Shown: in pieces, positions 1 through 10,136 of the stretch | Layout of the letters: each line of letters opens with the position of its first letter | How positions within the stretch are numbered: position 1 is the first letter of the stretch | Assembly (NCBI GenBank): GCA_050246815.1 | Contig: JBFWVI010000027.1 | Coordinates: 1-18,560, forward strand | Length of the DNA stretch: 18,560 bases | Direction of reading: 5' to 3' | From: Bdellovibrionales bacterium | Lineage (GTDB): Bacteria; Bdellovibrionota; Bdellovibrionia; Bdellovibrionales; UBA1609 | The notes under the pieces: generated by a model | Told to the model about the DNA's origin: nothing | Database searches by the model: none | The model's input: only the letters and a program-made list of their open reading frames with translations | Translations under genes and position numbers: made by a program

Positions 1-121
1 AATTGTTGTTCGAAGCGTTCATGTATTTTCATGGCACCAATTCGATTTTGGCACACAATGTTCGGGGCGCCGAGTGCCGGCACCACACTCTGGGCCTTGG
101 TCGGCAATTTGTATGTGGGCT

Positions 122-1228
122 CTAGAATGTCAGCATTGCGCCAATCGAAAAGACCCTTAACTTTTGGCTCGGAACAGAGCTTAAGACTGATTCTAAATCG
201 TATTCGATGTACTCCGCGCGCAGGTTGGCATCACTTTGCAAATTGTAATGGGCGCCCAAAGCCCAGGTTTTTTCTGTTTCGAACAGCAAACCCAAATGTT
301 GATCGGTGTATTCCAGGCGTGCGCCCAGCCGCCAAAGGTCGTTCAACTGGTAGGTGGCATGTAACAAATAGCCATGGCCCTCACCGCCGGTATCAAAGTC
401 GCCGTCTAGCTCAAGATCTTTGGCCGGGTCATTCACCAGCACCCATTCGGCATCTAAACTTAGTTTTTGAAAGATGGTGACGCCCGCAACGACATCCAAA
501 AGCGTTCGTCGAGAGCGTTTGGAGTCGTAGGCTAGTCGTGGGCGGGTTAAGTAGCCCACTTGCGCACGAGCCGGTCCCCATGTGCCACCCACGGTGGCGC
601 CATATTCGGTGTTGTCCTCACCATTGGTGGTGGATTGCCCTTGGGCATCCACATCATCGCGGCTGCCGCGGCCGTTGGGGTTTACCGCCATCAACTTCGC
701 CGTCAGTAAAGGCAGGGTCCACTCGGCCAGCAGACCCACATGTGTGACGGGAAGCGCATCATTGTAAAGCAGTCCTGTCTGCCCAAAAAAACGATCACGA
801 CTGTCATTTACTTCATAGCCAAACAGAGTATCGAATTGACCCAGGCTCAGCTTGAAATTTTCACGGACTTGGTAGGAGCCAACCACTTGGGCTTTACGAG
901 TGGCGAACTCCAGGTCGGGCCCAGAACTTTTGTAAAAGGGGGTTTGCGGTCCGCCACTGCCGGCCACGGTTTCCTTTTGCCTTGAGAAAGGCAGATCGAT
1001 GAGCAGTGAAATTCGGCCTGAGCTGTGTTGCAGATAGAAGGCCGCGTCTTCCATTAAGAAGCCAGATTCAGCACCGCGGCCTTGGCCCTTCAGACTGGAG
1101 TTGACGTCACGAAAGCGCAAATCAACGAATCCCGAAAATTTAGTGTTTTCCTGCTCAACGACTTGGGCGAAGGCCGGGTGTGGGCCGGCTAAAGCCAAGA
1201 CCAGGACAAAAGCTAAGCGACGGTTCAT
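122..1228 (-). CDS. Outer-membrane beta-barrel porin (putative BBP2-like), signal peptide
   Basis: Start moved to ATG 1228 (GAGAGG SD upstream). Signal peptide MNRRLAFVLVLALAGPHPAFA, amphipathic beta strands, motif GQFDTLFGYEV...PVTHVG resembling BBP2-type porins, C-terminal Phe (GAMLTF). Confidence 0.8.
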   Translation of the reverse strand: MNRRLAFVLVLALAGPHPAFAQVVEQENTKFSGFVDLRFRDVNSSLKGQGRGAESGFLMEDAAFYLQHSSGRISLLIDLPFSRQKETVAGSGGPQTPFYKSSGPDLEFATRKAQVVGSYQVRENFKLSLGQFDTLFGYEVNDSRDRFFGQTGLLYNDALPVTHVGLLAEWTLPLLTAKLMAVNPNGRGSRDDVDAQGQSTTNGEDNTEYGATVGGTWGPARAQVGYLTRPRLAYDSKRSRRTLLDVVAGVTIFQKLSLDAEWVLVNDPAKDLELDGDFDTGGEGHGYLLHATYQLNDLWRLGARLEYTDQHLGLLFETEKTWALGAHYNLQSDANLRAEYIEYDLESVLSSVPSQKLRVFSIGAMLTF

Positions 1229-1313
1229 CGGACAATTTCCTCTCAATTGATTTGGAAAGGACGCCAGTTATCATCCTTGGCGCGCAAGGTCAAACTCCTC
1301 GACCAAGGCCTGG

Positions 1314-1341
1314 TTGAGTCCGCGCGAGAACATTCCGAAAA
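1314..1341 (+). promoter_or_regulatory. Candidate sigma28 (FliA)-type promoter of the tadA operon
   Basis: TTGAG (1314-1318)-N15-TCCGAAAA (1334-1341) versus consensus TAAA-N15-GCCGATAA; 33 bp upstream of ATG 1375. Confidence 0.4.
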
Positions 1342-1374
1342 GAGACATAAGAACCAAAGCCGACGGAGCATCAC

Positions 1375-1653
1375 ATGTATTTACAAGGAAATTTGCAGAC
1401 GGTGTTTGATGCACTTTACCACTTGGGCGTGATTGATCCGGTGCTCGAAATGGATTGGGCTCAGGCCTTGGACGAGATGAACCAACACGCTATGGCCATC
1501 GATGAGATCGTACAAGTGGCGAATCAGTACCAAGATGATGTGGAAATTTTGAAATCCGAACTTGGCAAGTTTGATGAAAAGGCCTTGGGTTATTTAGCCA
1601 TGGAGGTGGCTCGTGAGTTTGCAGACTTTCACGCGCGTGAAGATCTCCACTAG
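1375..1653 (+). CDS. Small acidic, probably helical hypothetical protein (92 aa)
   Basis: GGAG SD before ATG, protein-like composition, overlaps the next CDS. No recognised motif. Confidence 0.8.
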   Translation: MYLQGNLQTVFDALYHLGVIDPVLEMDWAQALDEMNQHAMAIDEIVQVANQYQDDVEILKSELGKFDEKALGYLAMEVAREFADFHAREDLH

Positions 1654-2140
1654 TTTAATTTTTGGTTTTTTGTTCGCAGGTCACGTTTCGGCCGATGGCT
1701 GGAAGGTGGATCTTTCTCGTCGAGTTAAAGAGGCTTCACCAAAGGAGCTGAGCGAAGCGCCCACGGAGAGCACTGCGGTCGGGAACGTATTCACATCGCT
1801 TTTTGATGCTTCTGAGCCGGTTCAAGAACTGGTTATTTTGAACACGGAAAAGGGCTTTGTTCCCGCCACGGTTCGTGTGCGGCAAGACGGCAACTACAAA
1901 ATTCATGTGGTCAATGTCAACGAGCGAGAGAAAAACGTCAGTTTTGTTTTGGATGCGTTCTCTGAACATCACGCGACCTATTTCGGCAAAATCAAGACTT
2001 TCGAAATTCGTCCCAAACGAAATGGCGTATTCCGCTTTGTTAGCCCCGAGACTGCGGCGCAAGGCCGTCTGGTGGTCTATCCCGCAGCCGACGCGCAGCC
2101 GAGTCCCGAGCAGCGTTTGCCGGCGGCGGAGGGGCCATGA
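1637..2140 (+). CDS. Secreted cupredoxin-like domain protein
   Basis: Likely start GTG 1637 gives signal peptide MKISTSLIFGFLFAGHVSA. GFVPATVRVRQD...IHVVN...TFEIRP..NGVFRF...GRLVV follows the cupredoxin beta-sandwich pattern. ATGA overlap with tadA. Confidence 0.7.
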   Translation: MKISTSLIFGFLFAGHVSADGWKVDLSRRVKEASPKELSEAPTESTAVGNVFTSLFDASEPVQELVILNTEKGFVPATVRVRQDGNYKIHVVNVNEREKNVSFVLDAFSEHHATYFGKIKTFEIRPKRNGVFRFVSPETAAQGRLVVYPAADAQPSPEQRLPAAEGP

Positions 2141-3252
2141 GCGGCGACGCCGAAAGCGTTTACACCAGCGCAATTAAAAACTTTTTAGCCCCAATCTGGC
2201 ATTTGCTCAGCGACGAAAAAGTCACCGAGGTCATGATCAACTCGTTTGACGAGATCTGGATTGAAACCAAGGGCAAGGTTCATAAGACCGATGCGAAGTT
2301 CAAAGACGAAGACTCTTTGCGTGCCGCGGCCAATAATATCGCGCAAAGTGTAGGTCGTCGTATCGACGATGCGGAACCGCGACTTGATGCGCGTCTACCC
2401 AATGGTTACCGTATTCACGCCGTCATTCCGCCGTGTGCACGCAAGGGCACCACCATGGCGATTCGCAAATTCGCGGCGGTGCAATTCACTTTTAAAGATT
2501 ACGTGGCGATTGGCGCGATGACGGCGGATGCCGCTCAATTTTTGGATATCTGCATGAAGTTGGGAAAAAATATTTTGGTCAGCGGCGGCACGGGTTCAGG
2601 TAAAACCACTTTGCTGAGCGTGTTGTGCAATCGTATTCCAAAGGGGCAGCGGATTATCGTGATTGAGGATTCCAGCGAGTTGAAAGTGGAATATGAACAC
2701 GTAGTTTTGTTTGAAACCCGCATGGCTGATGAACAGGGCAAAGGTGAAGTCACCATCCGCGACTTGCTGAAAAGCAGTTTGCGGCTGCGTCCGGACCGCA
2801 TCATTGTCGGTGAGGTGCGTGGCAGTGAGTCGCTCGAGTTGATTCAGGCCATGAACACCGGTCATAAGGGATGTTTGGGAACTATTCATGCCAACTCGGC
2901 TGAAGATGCTCTTGTGCGTCTTGAGGCTTTGGCGCAAGGTGGGGATTCGCAGCTCAGTGAAAAAGCACTGCGACACCAAATAGCCTCGGCGATTGATATC
3001 GTTGTACAGATCTCACGCTATTCTGACGGATCGCGTCGTTTGGGCGCAATCGCAGAAGTTTTGGGATTCACTGGCGACGGCGCTTACCATGTGCAACCCA
3101 TCTATGAATTGAGCCGCCTGCAGCGTTTGCAGGATGGGCGTTTGAAGGGCGAGATTCAAGCCACGGGCAATTTGCCAAGCTTCATGCAAGAAATCGAAGA
3201 CAATCAAATTCCCTTTGCGCGCACCAAGTTTCAAGCTCCAGCTGCAGCTTAA
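2137..3252 (+). CDS. tadA: CpaF/TadA family Flp/Tad pilus ATPase
   Basis: VTEVMIN, RLDARLPNGYRIHAVIPP, Walker A GGTGSGKTT, Asp box IEDSSEL, LRLRPDRIIVGEVRG (Walker B), His box MNTGHKGCLGTIHANS. Confidence 0.93.
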   Translation: MSGDAESVYTSAIKNFLAPIWHLLSDEKVTEVMINSFDEIWIETKGKVHKTDAKFKDEDSLRAAANNIAQSVGRRIDDAEPRLDARLPNGYRIHAVIPPCARKGTTMAIRKFAAVQFTFKDYVAIGAMTADAAQFLDICMKLGKNILVSGGTGSGKTTLLSVLCNRIPKGQRIIVIEDSSELKVEYEHVVLFETRMADEQGKGEVTIRDLLKSSLRLRPDRIIVGEVRGSESLELIQAMNTGHKGCLGTIHANSAEDALVRLEALAQGGDSQLSEKALRHQIASAIDIVVQISRYSDGSRRLGAIAEVLGFTGDGAYHVQPIYELSRLQRLQDGRLKGEIQATGNLPSFMQEIEDNQIPFARTKFQAPAAA

Positions 3253-3275
3253 TTTTTAAGCAAAACAAGGTTTTG
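3247..3275. repeat. Two abutting short inverted repeats (possible operator/UAS or weak terminator)
   Basis: GCTTAA-ttt-TTAAGC (3247-3261) and CAAAAC-aag-GTTTTG (3261-3275). Confidence 0.35.
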
Positions 3276-3309
3276 TTAAATATAGACAAGAGCGGCGCAT
3301 CATTAACCA

Positions 3310-3325
3310 GGGTGCTAGCTTTGCA
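3310..3325 (+). promoter_or_regulatory. Candidate sigma54 (-24/-12) promoter
   Basis: GG(3311-12)-N10-GC(3323-24) with TTGCA -12 element; the -24 element matches only at GG. Confidence 0.45.
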
Positions 3326-3350
3326 TTAAGCGCTCAGATAAAAAAGTTTT

Positions 3351-6078
<2,728 letters not shown>

Positions 6079-6140
6079 TAGACTAAAGTTGGTGATACTC
6101 AAAACGGATATCCCAATTGAGTTGTCGCCAGGATTTAATA

Positions 6141-6264
6141 AGCCCACATCTAGCGCGTAGGGTTTCTTTGAAGTTCTCTCGCGGGAGCTTTCCTTGTGAC
6201 TTCCGGTCCAAGGTTGTCAGCCCCGACCTTGGTGTCGTTGAACACGTTGGAGATTTTTTTCAAC
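6141..6264 (+). ncRNA. Candidate structured RNA or 3' UTR (series of hairpins), family unknown
   Basis: Stems 6171-6190, 6208-6232 and 6246-6264 each contain G-U pairs that only form on the + strand; no long protein-like ORF here. Confidence 0.3.
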
Positions 6265-6461
6265 CCTTAAAAATTCGACAGCTCAACGATGATCCTCAAA
6301 CATAGCCACAAGACCATCAGAAGAGTTTTAGCCAATTCCAAGAATCGCCGTATACGTAAGTGGGTGACTTCCGCATTTCTAGCGCCCGGCCCCTGATGCC
6401 CGGCTTCCTTGCCGCAAAACCTAGACTTTGATTTAGCTCAAACCTTTGTTACCCTGATTTG

Positions 6462-6776
6462 GTGCGAACTGTTCTTTTTGGGTTTTTCGCAGCCGTTCAT
6501 GACTTTATCCACCGCCCTTGGGTCGTTCTATGGACCTGTCTGGCCTTAGCCTTTGTCAATGTGGTGATGGATGGGACCCTGCTTCGCATCTGGAGCCTCA
6601 ATCGCGATGTCCAACAGCTCAGCTCAAGCTCAAACGATCTGAAAAAAGAAATCACTGACCTCAATCACCGAATCAAGCAAGCCACGGATCCAAGTTATGT
6701 GGAGCGCGAAGCCCGCGACCGCTTTGACCTGGTCAGTGAGGGCGATTTGGTCTTTGTTTTTACGGATGAAGAGTAA
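6462..6776 (+). CDS. ftsB: Septum formation initiator, FtsB/DivIC family
   Basis: Single TM helix, coiled coil, DPSYVEREARDRFDLVSEGDLVF signature; eno-ftsB linkage is well known. Start GTG 6462 or TTG 6459. Confidence 0.9.
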   Translation: MRTVLFGFFAAVHDFIHRPWVVLWTCLALAFVNVVMDGTLLRIWSLNRDVQQLSSSSNDLKKEITDLNHRIKQATDPSYVEREARDRFDLVSEGDLVFVFTDEE

Positions 6777-6784
6777 AGTTGAAT

Positions 6785-6802
6785 CCAAAATACCCAAAAT
6801 AC
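6785..6802 (+). repeat. Perfect 9-bp tandem repeat CCAAAATAC x2
   Basis: 6785-6793 and 6794-6802, just upstream of the csp SD. Confidence 0.8.
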
Positions 6803-6815
6803 CGAAGGAGAATAA

Positions 6816-7031
6816 ATGTCGACGGGAGTCGTCAAATGGTTCAATCCGTTTATCGGATACGGTTTTATTATGGGCTACGATGGTTCCGAAATTTATTTTC
6901 ATTGCTCCTCCCTTGCGGAGAGTGGGATCGAGCAAAGCCTTAATACAGGCACTAGGGTCGACTACGACCTCATTCAAACACGTATTGGGTTTGAGGCAAC
7001 GAACGTCAGGTGCAGTGCGTCAGCAGCATAA
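6816..7031 (+). CDS. Cold-shock domain protein (CspA family, divergent)
   Basis: TGVVKWFN..GYGFI (RNP1), EIYFH (RNP2-like), EATNV; AAGGAG SD. Confidence 0.9.
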   Translation: MSTGVVKWFNPFIGYGFIMGYDGSEIYFHCSSLAESGIEQSLNTGTRVDYDLIQTRIGFEATNVRCSASAA

Positions 7032-7049
7032 ATTGTGCAAATATGAATG

Positions 7050-7074
7050 GGCGAGGCAAGGTTGTTGCCTCGCC
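7050..7074 (+). terminator. Perfect 10-bp stem-loop after csp (terminator-like, no U tract)
   Basis: GGCGAGGCAA-ggttg-TTGCCTCGCC, followed by TGTATAAAT rather than poly-T. Confidence 0.6.
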
Positions 7075-7102
7075 TGTATAAATAGATGAAAAATAACCTT
7101 CT

Positions 7103-7393
7103 ATGAAATGGTCGCCGCAAGAAATTCGCTGCCTTCGTTTACAGCTGGGCTGGAGCGCCGCTGACTTGGGCCGCCGCTTGGGGTGCACCACCCAAATCGT
7201 CATGCAATGGGAATGTGGCGACATCAAACCCGATCCTGAAATGCAGAATCACTTTCATTACCTTTCTAATTTTGTCGAACAAAATGCTTTGCGCTTGGCG
7301 CGCACGCCTCATGCCGAGGCCTTGATGAATCAAGAGCAGTTATCACAAGTCACCCACGACGTGGTGGCGCTTCGAGTCCCACACAGCAACTAA
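7103..7393 (+). CDS. XRE/Cro-like helix-turn-helix protein
   Basis: IRCLRLQLGWSAADLGRRLGCTTQIVMQWECG..KP matches the HTH_XRE pattern. Confidence 0.85.
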   Translation: MKWSPQEIRCLRLQLGWSAADLGRRLGCTTQIVMQWECGDIKPDPEMQNHFHYLSNFVEQNALRLARTPHAEALMNQEQLSQVTHDVVALRVPHSN

Positions 7394-7394
7394 A

Positions 7395-9998
7395 ATGAAA
7401 AAACTGTATCTGGTCGACGTCAGCACGATGTTTTTTAGGGCGTTTTTCGCTTTGCCGCCGCTGAGCAACGACAAAGGCATGCCAACCAATGCTCTTTACG
7501 GGTTTTTGTCGATGACCATAAAACTACTTCGCGACATCAAACCCGATTATATTGTTTTTTGCTTTGACACCAAAGAGCCCTCTTTTCGCCTGCAAATTTA
7601 TCCTGAATACAAAGCCAATCGCGACGAGATGCCGGAAGATTTGATTCCACAGGTTCCTTATGTCCGTAAAATTTCGGAAACCTTGGGTGTGCCGATCTTG
7701 GAAAAGCCGGGTTTTGAAGCGGACGATCTGATCGGCACTTTGGCTAAGCAGGGCGAAGCGCAAGGTCTTGAAGTGGTCATCGTCAGCGGCGACAAAGACT
7801 TTGCCCAGTTGATCAATCAAAAAACGATCATGTACGACACTATGAAAGAGATTCGCTACAACCCCGAAGGTGTTATGGCCAAATGGGGGGTGAAGCCCGA
7901 GCAGTTCATCGACTACCTGGCGCTGGTGGGGGATAGCTCGGACAACGTGCCTGGCGTGCGAGGCATTGGCCCCAAAGGTGCGCAAAAGCTTTTGAATGAA
8001 TACAAGACGCTCGACGGGGTTTATGAAAACCTCGACAAGATCACCGGCAAAGCAATGAAGAACAATCTTATCGAGGGTAAAGACAACGCCTACTTGTCCC
8101 GAACGCTGGTGACCATCAAAACTGATGTGCCCTTGGACATTAAAATCGATCAAATGAAGCTGAGCCAAGTGAACCGGGATCATTTGCGCGAGCTTTTGCT
8201 GGAACTTGGCTTTAAAACCTTCGCGAAAAATCTGACCGATCTGGATGGCGCAACCGACTTTAAAGGTGGCGAAGGCAAGCCGTCGGATGAGCGGGCGGCT
8301 GAATTTAAACCCCGTGCCGTTGCCGCCAAGTCTGAAAAAAAATCACCTGCCGTGGCTGTGCCGGCGGCGATTGGGCCGATCAATGAAACGCGACAGAGTT
8401 TAGAAGAATTAGAAAAATTCATCCCCGCTTACGCCGAAGTTTGGGGCCTTTTGGATGAACGTGGTTTTTATCTGGGCTATCAGCAACAGCTGCTGATGGT
8501 CGATGCGCCCGCCGAAGCCCTGGGTGAAGTGTTGGGGCGAAAGCAGATCCAGTGGCATGGTTTCGACCTGAAAGCCGTTTGGCACTATTTAAAAATCAAG
8601 GAGCCGCAACTGGTTTGGGATTCGATGCTTGCTGCGTATGTTTTGCGCGCCGGTTCGATCGACAACTTCGCAGAGGTTCATGCCCATTACTTAAATAAGT
8701 CGCTGCCGGATTTGATGACGCCCGAGCAGTTTTATCGCTCACAATTAGAAGTCGCGACCGTGCTCAAAGAGCAATTGGCTGCAAAAAACGGCGAAAAAGT
8801 TTTGGCTGAAATTGAGCTGCCGCTTGAGCCCGTACTTTACGCCATGGAAAGACATGGCATCCGCTTGGATCTTGAAGAGCTGGCCCGCCAAGCCAAGGGG
8901 TTAGAAGCCGACATCGCGGTTTTGGAGAAAAAAATCTTCGCGCAAGCTGGGAACACCTTCAATATCGCCAGCCCTAAGCAGTTGGCGCAGGTGCTGTTCG
9001 GTCAGCTGAAGCTGACTCCAGGTAAAAAAACCAAAACCGGCTTTTCAACCGACAGCGATGTTTTGGAAAAACTGAAGGCCGAGCACCCCATCGCCGAGCT
9101 TTTGTTGGAGTACCGTGAGCTGACGAAATTAAAATCCACCTATGTTGATGCGTTGCCGGTGCTGATTCACCAAGACACCAAATGCCTGCACACGCATTTT
9201 AATCAGGCCAACACCACGACCGGTCGTCTTTCCAGTCAGAATCCGAACTTGCAAAATATTCCGATCCGCACCGAGCGCGGTCGTTTGGTGCGCAAAGCAT
9301 TTGTCGCAGCCCCGGGGCATCAATTGATTTCGGCCGACTACAGTCAAATTGAACTCAGAATTTTGGCCCATATCACTGAAGACGAAGCTTTGATTCGAGC
9401 TTTTGCCGACGACATCGACATTCATGCGGCCACCGCCAGCGAAATTTATGGAGTCAGTTTAAAAGATGTGACGCCCGACCTGCGCCGGCACGCCAAGGCC
9501 GTGAATTTTGGCATCGCTTACGGTCAGGGGGCTTTTGGCTTGGCGGACACCCTGGGTATTGGCCGCCAAGAGGCCAGCGACATCATCGGCCGTTATTTTA
9601 ATCGCTTCAAACGCGTTCGCCAGTACATGGAAGACATCGTCACAACAGCGCAAAAGCAAGGCTACGTCGAAACCATCTTCGGCCGCCGTCGTTACCTGGA
9701 TGAACTGAAATCCAAAAATGGCGCTATCCGAAAATTCGGCGAGCGTGCCGCGATCAATGCTCCCATGCAAGGAACCGCGAGTGATTTGGTGAAGCTCGCC
9801 ATGATCAAGCTGCACCAGGATTTGTCGATTCCGATGTTGTTGCAGGTTCATGACGAATTGCTTTTCGAAGCCAAAGACGGCGATGTTGAAGCCGAACTGC
9901 CACGCATTCGCAAAGGGATGGAAAATGTGGCCAAACTTAAGGTTCCACTGAAGGTGAATATTGCGGTGGGGCCCAACTGGGAAGACGCCCACGCTTAA
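7395..9998 (+). CDS. polA: DNA polymerase I
   Basis: 5'-3' exonuclease motifs (YKANR, EADDLIG, SGDKD, GDSSDNVPGV), TGRLSSQNPNLQNIP, motif A DYSQIELR, motif B KAVNFGIAYG, motif C QVHDEL. Confidence 0.99.
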   Translation: MKKLYLVDVSTMFFRAFFALPPLSNDKGMPTNALYGFLSMTIKLLRDIKPDYIVFCFDTKEPSFRLQIYPEYKANRDEMPEDLIPQVPYVRKISETLGVPILEKPGFEADDLIGTLAKQGEAQGLEVVIVSGDKDFAQLINQKTIMYDTMKEIRYNPEGVMAKWGVKPEQFIDYLALVGDSSDNVPGVRGIGPKGAQKLLNEYKTLDGVYENLDKITGKAMKNNLIEGKDNAYLSRTLVTIKTDVPLDIKIDQMKLSQVNRDHLRELLLELGFKTFAKNLTDLDGATDFKGGEGKPSDERAAEFKPRAVAAKSEKKSPAVAVPAAIGPINETRQSLEELEKFIPAYAEVWGLLDERGFYLGYQQQLLMVDAPAEALGEVLGRKQIQWHGFDLKAVWHYLKIKEPQLVWDSMLAAYVLRAGSIDNFAEVHAHYLNKSLPDLMTPEQFYRSQLEVATVLKEQLAAKNGEKVLAEIELPLEPVLYAMERHGIRLDLEELARQAKGLEADIAVLEKKIFAQAGNTFNIASPKQLAQVLFGQLKLTPGKKTKTGFSTDSDVLEKLKAEHPIAELLLEYRELTKLKSTYVDALPVLIHQDTKCLHTHFNQANTTTGRLSSQNPNLQNIPIRTERGRLVRKAFVAAPGHQLISADYSQIELRILAHITEDEALIRAFADDIDIHAATASEIYGVSLKDVTPDLRRHAKAVNFGIAYGQGAFGLADTLGIGRQEASDIIGRYFNRFKRVRQYMEDIVTTAQKQGYVETIFGRRRYLDELKSKNGAIRKFGERAAINAPMQGTASDLVKLAMIKLHQDLSIPMLLQVHDELLFEAKDGDVEAELPRIRKGMENVAKLKVPLKVNIAVGPNWEDAHA

Positions 9999-10020
9999 GG
10001 AATCAGGGGTCGGCGTCGGG

Positions 10021-10052
10021 CTTCAGGCCACCGGCCTCTGGCTGCGGGCCAG
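10021..10052 (+). repeat. Left copy of a degenerate inverted repeat (partner 10910-10941)
   Basis: CTTCAGGCCACCGGCCTC versus reverse complement of the partner CTTCGGGCCTCCGGCTTC: 15/18, and 22/32 over the full span by manual alignment. Confidence 0.35.
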
Positions 10053-10101
10053 TTATTCGGTGAGTTTGTGCACTGGTGAACGGTCTGCAGGCATGAGATT
10101 T

Positions 10102-10130
10102 TGGACCGAGGTAGCTTTAGAAGTTATAAA
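10102..10130 (+). promoter_or_regulatory. Candidate sigma70 promoter, leaderless geometry
   Basis: TGGACC-N17-TATAAA-N6-ATG(10137); no SD. Confidence 0.4.
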
Positions 10131-10136
10131 AATAAA

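Noticed and set aside
1..32. Possible - strand gene start MKIHERFEQQ running off the left edge
   Set aside because: Only 10 codons are visible and there is no clear SD, so it cannot be supported.
32..65. Two TGGCAC hexamers (32 and 49) as sigma54 or NtrC sites
   Set aside because: Neither has TTGC at the required spacing, and there is no proper TGCACC...GGTGCA dyad.
31..985. + strand ORFs 31-480, 538-747, 582-767 and 740-985
   Set aside because: Antisense shadows of the porin gene, with no recognisable motifs.
6117..6305. 62-aa + strand ORF in the eno-ftsB spacer
   Set aside because: TTG start without SD, no motif, and it runs through hairpin-rich sequence.
6079..6458. tRNA, tmRNA, RNase P, SRP RNA, riboswitch or CRISPR identity for the spacer
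   Set aside because: I found no diagnostic motifs for these families and no regularly spaced repeats.
7524..9992. Long - strand ORFs opposite polA, and similar ones opposite tadA, eno, pyrG and kdsD
   Set aside because: Expected antisense open frames from codon bias in strongly supported genes.
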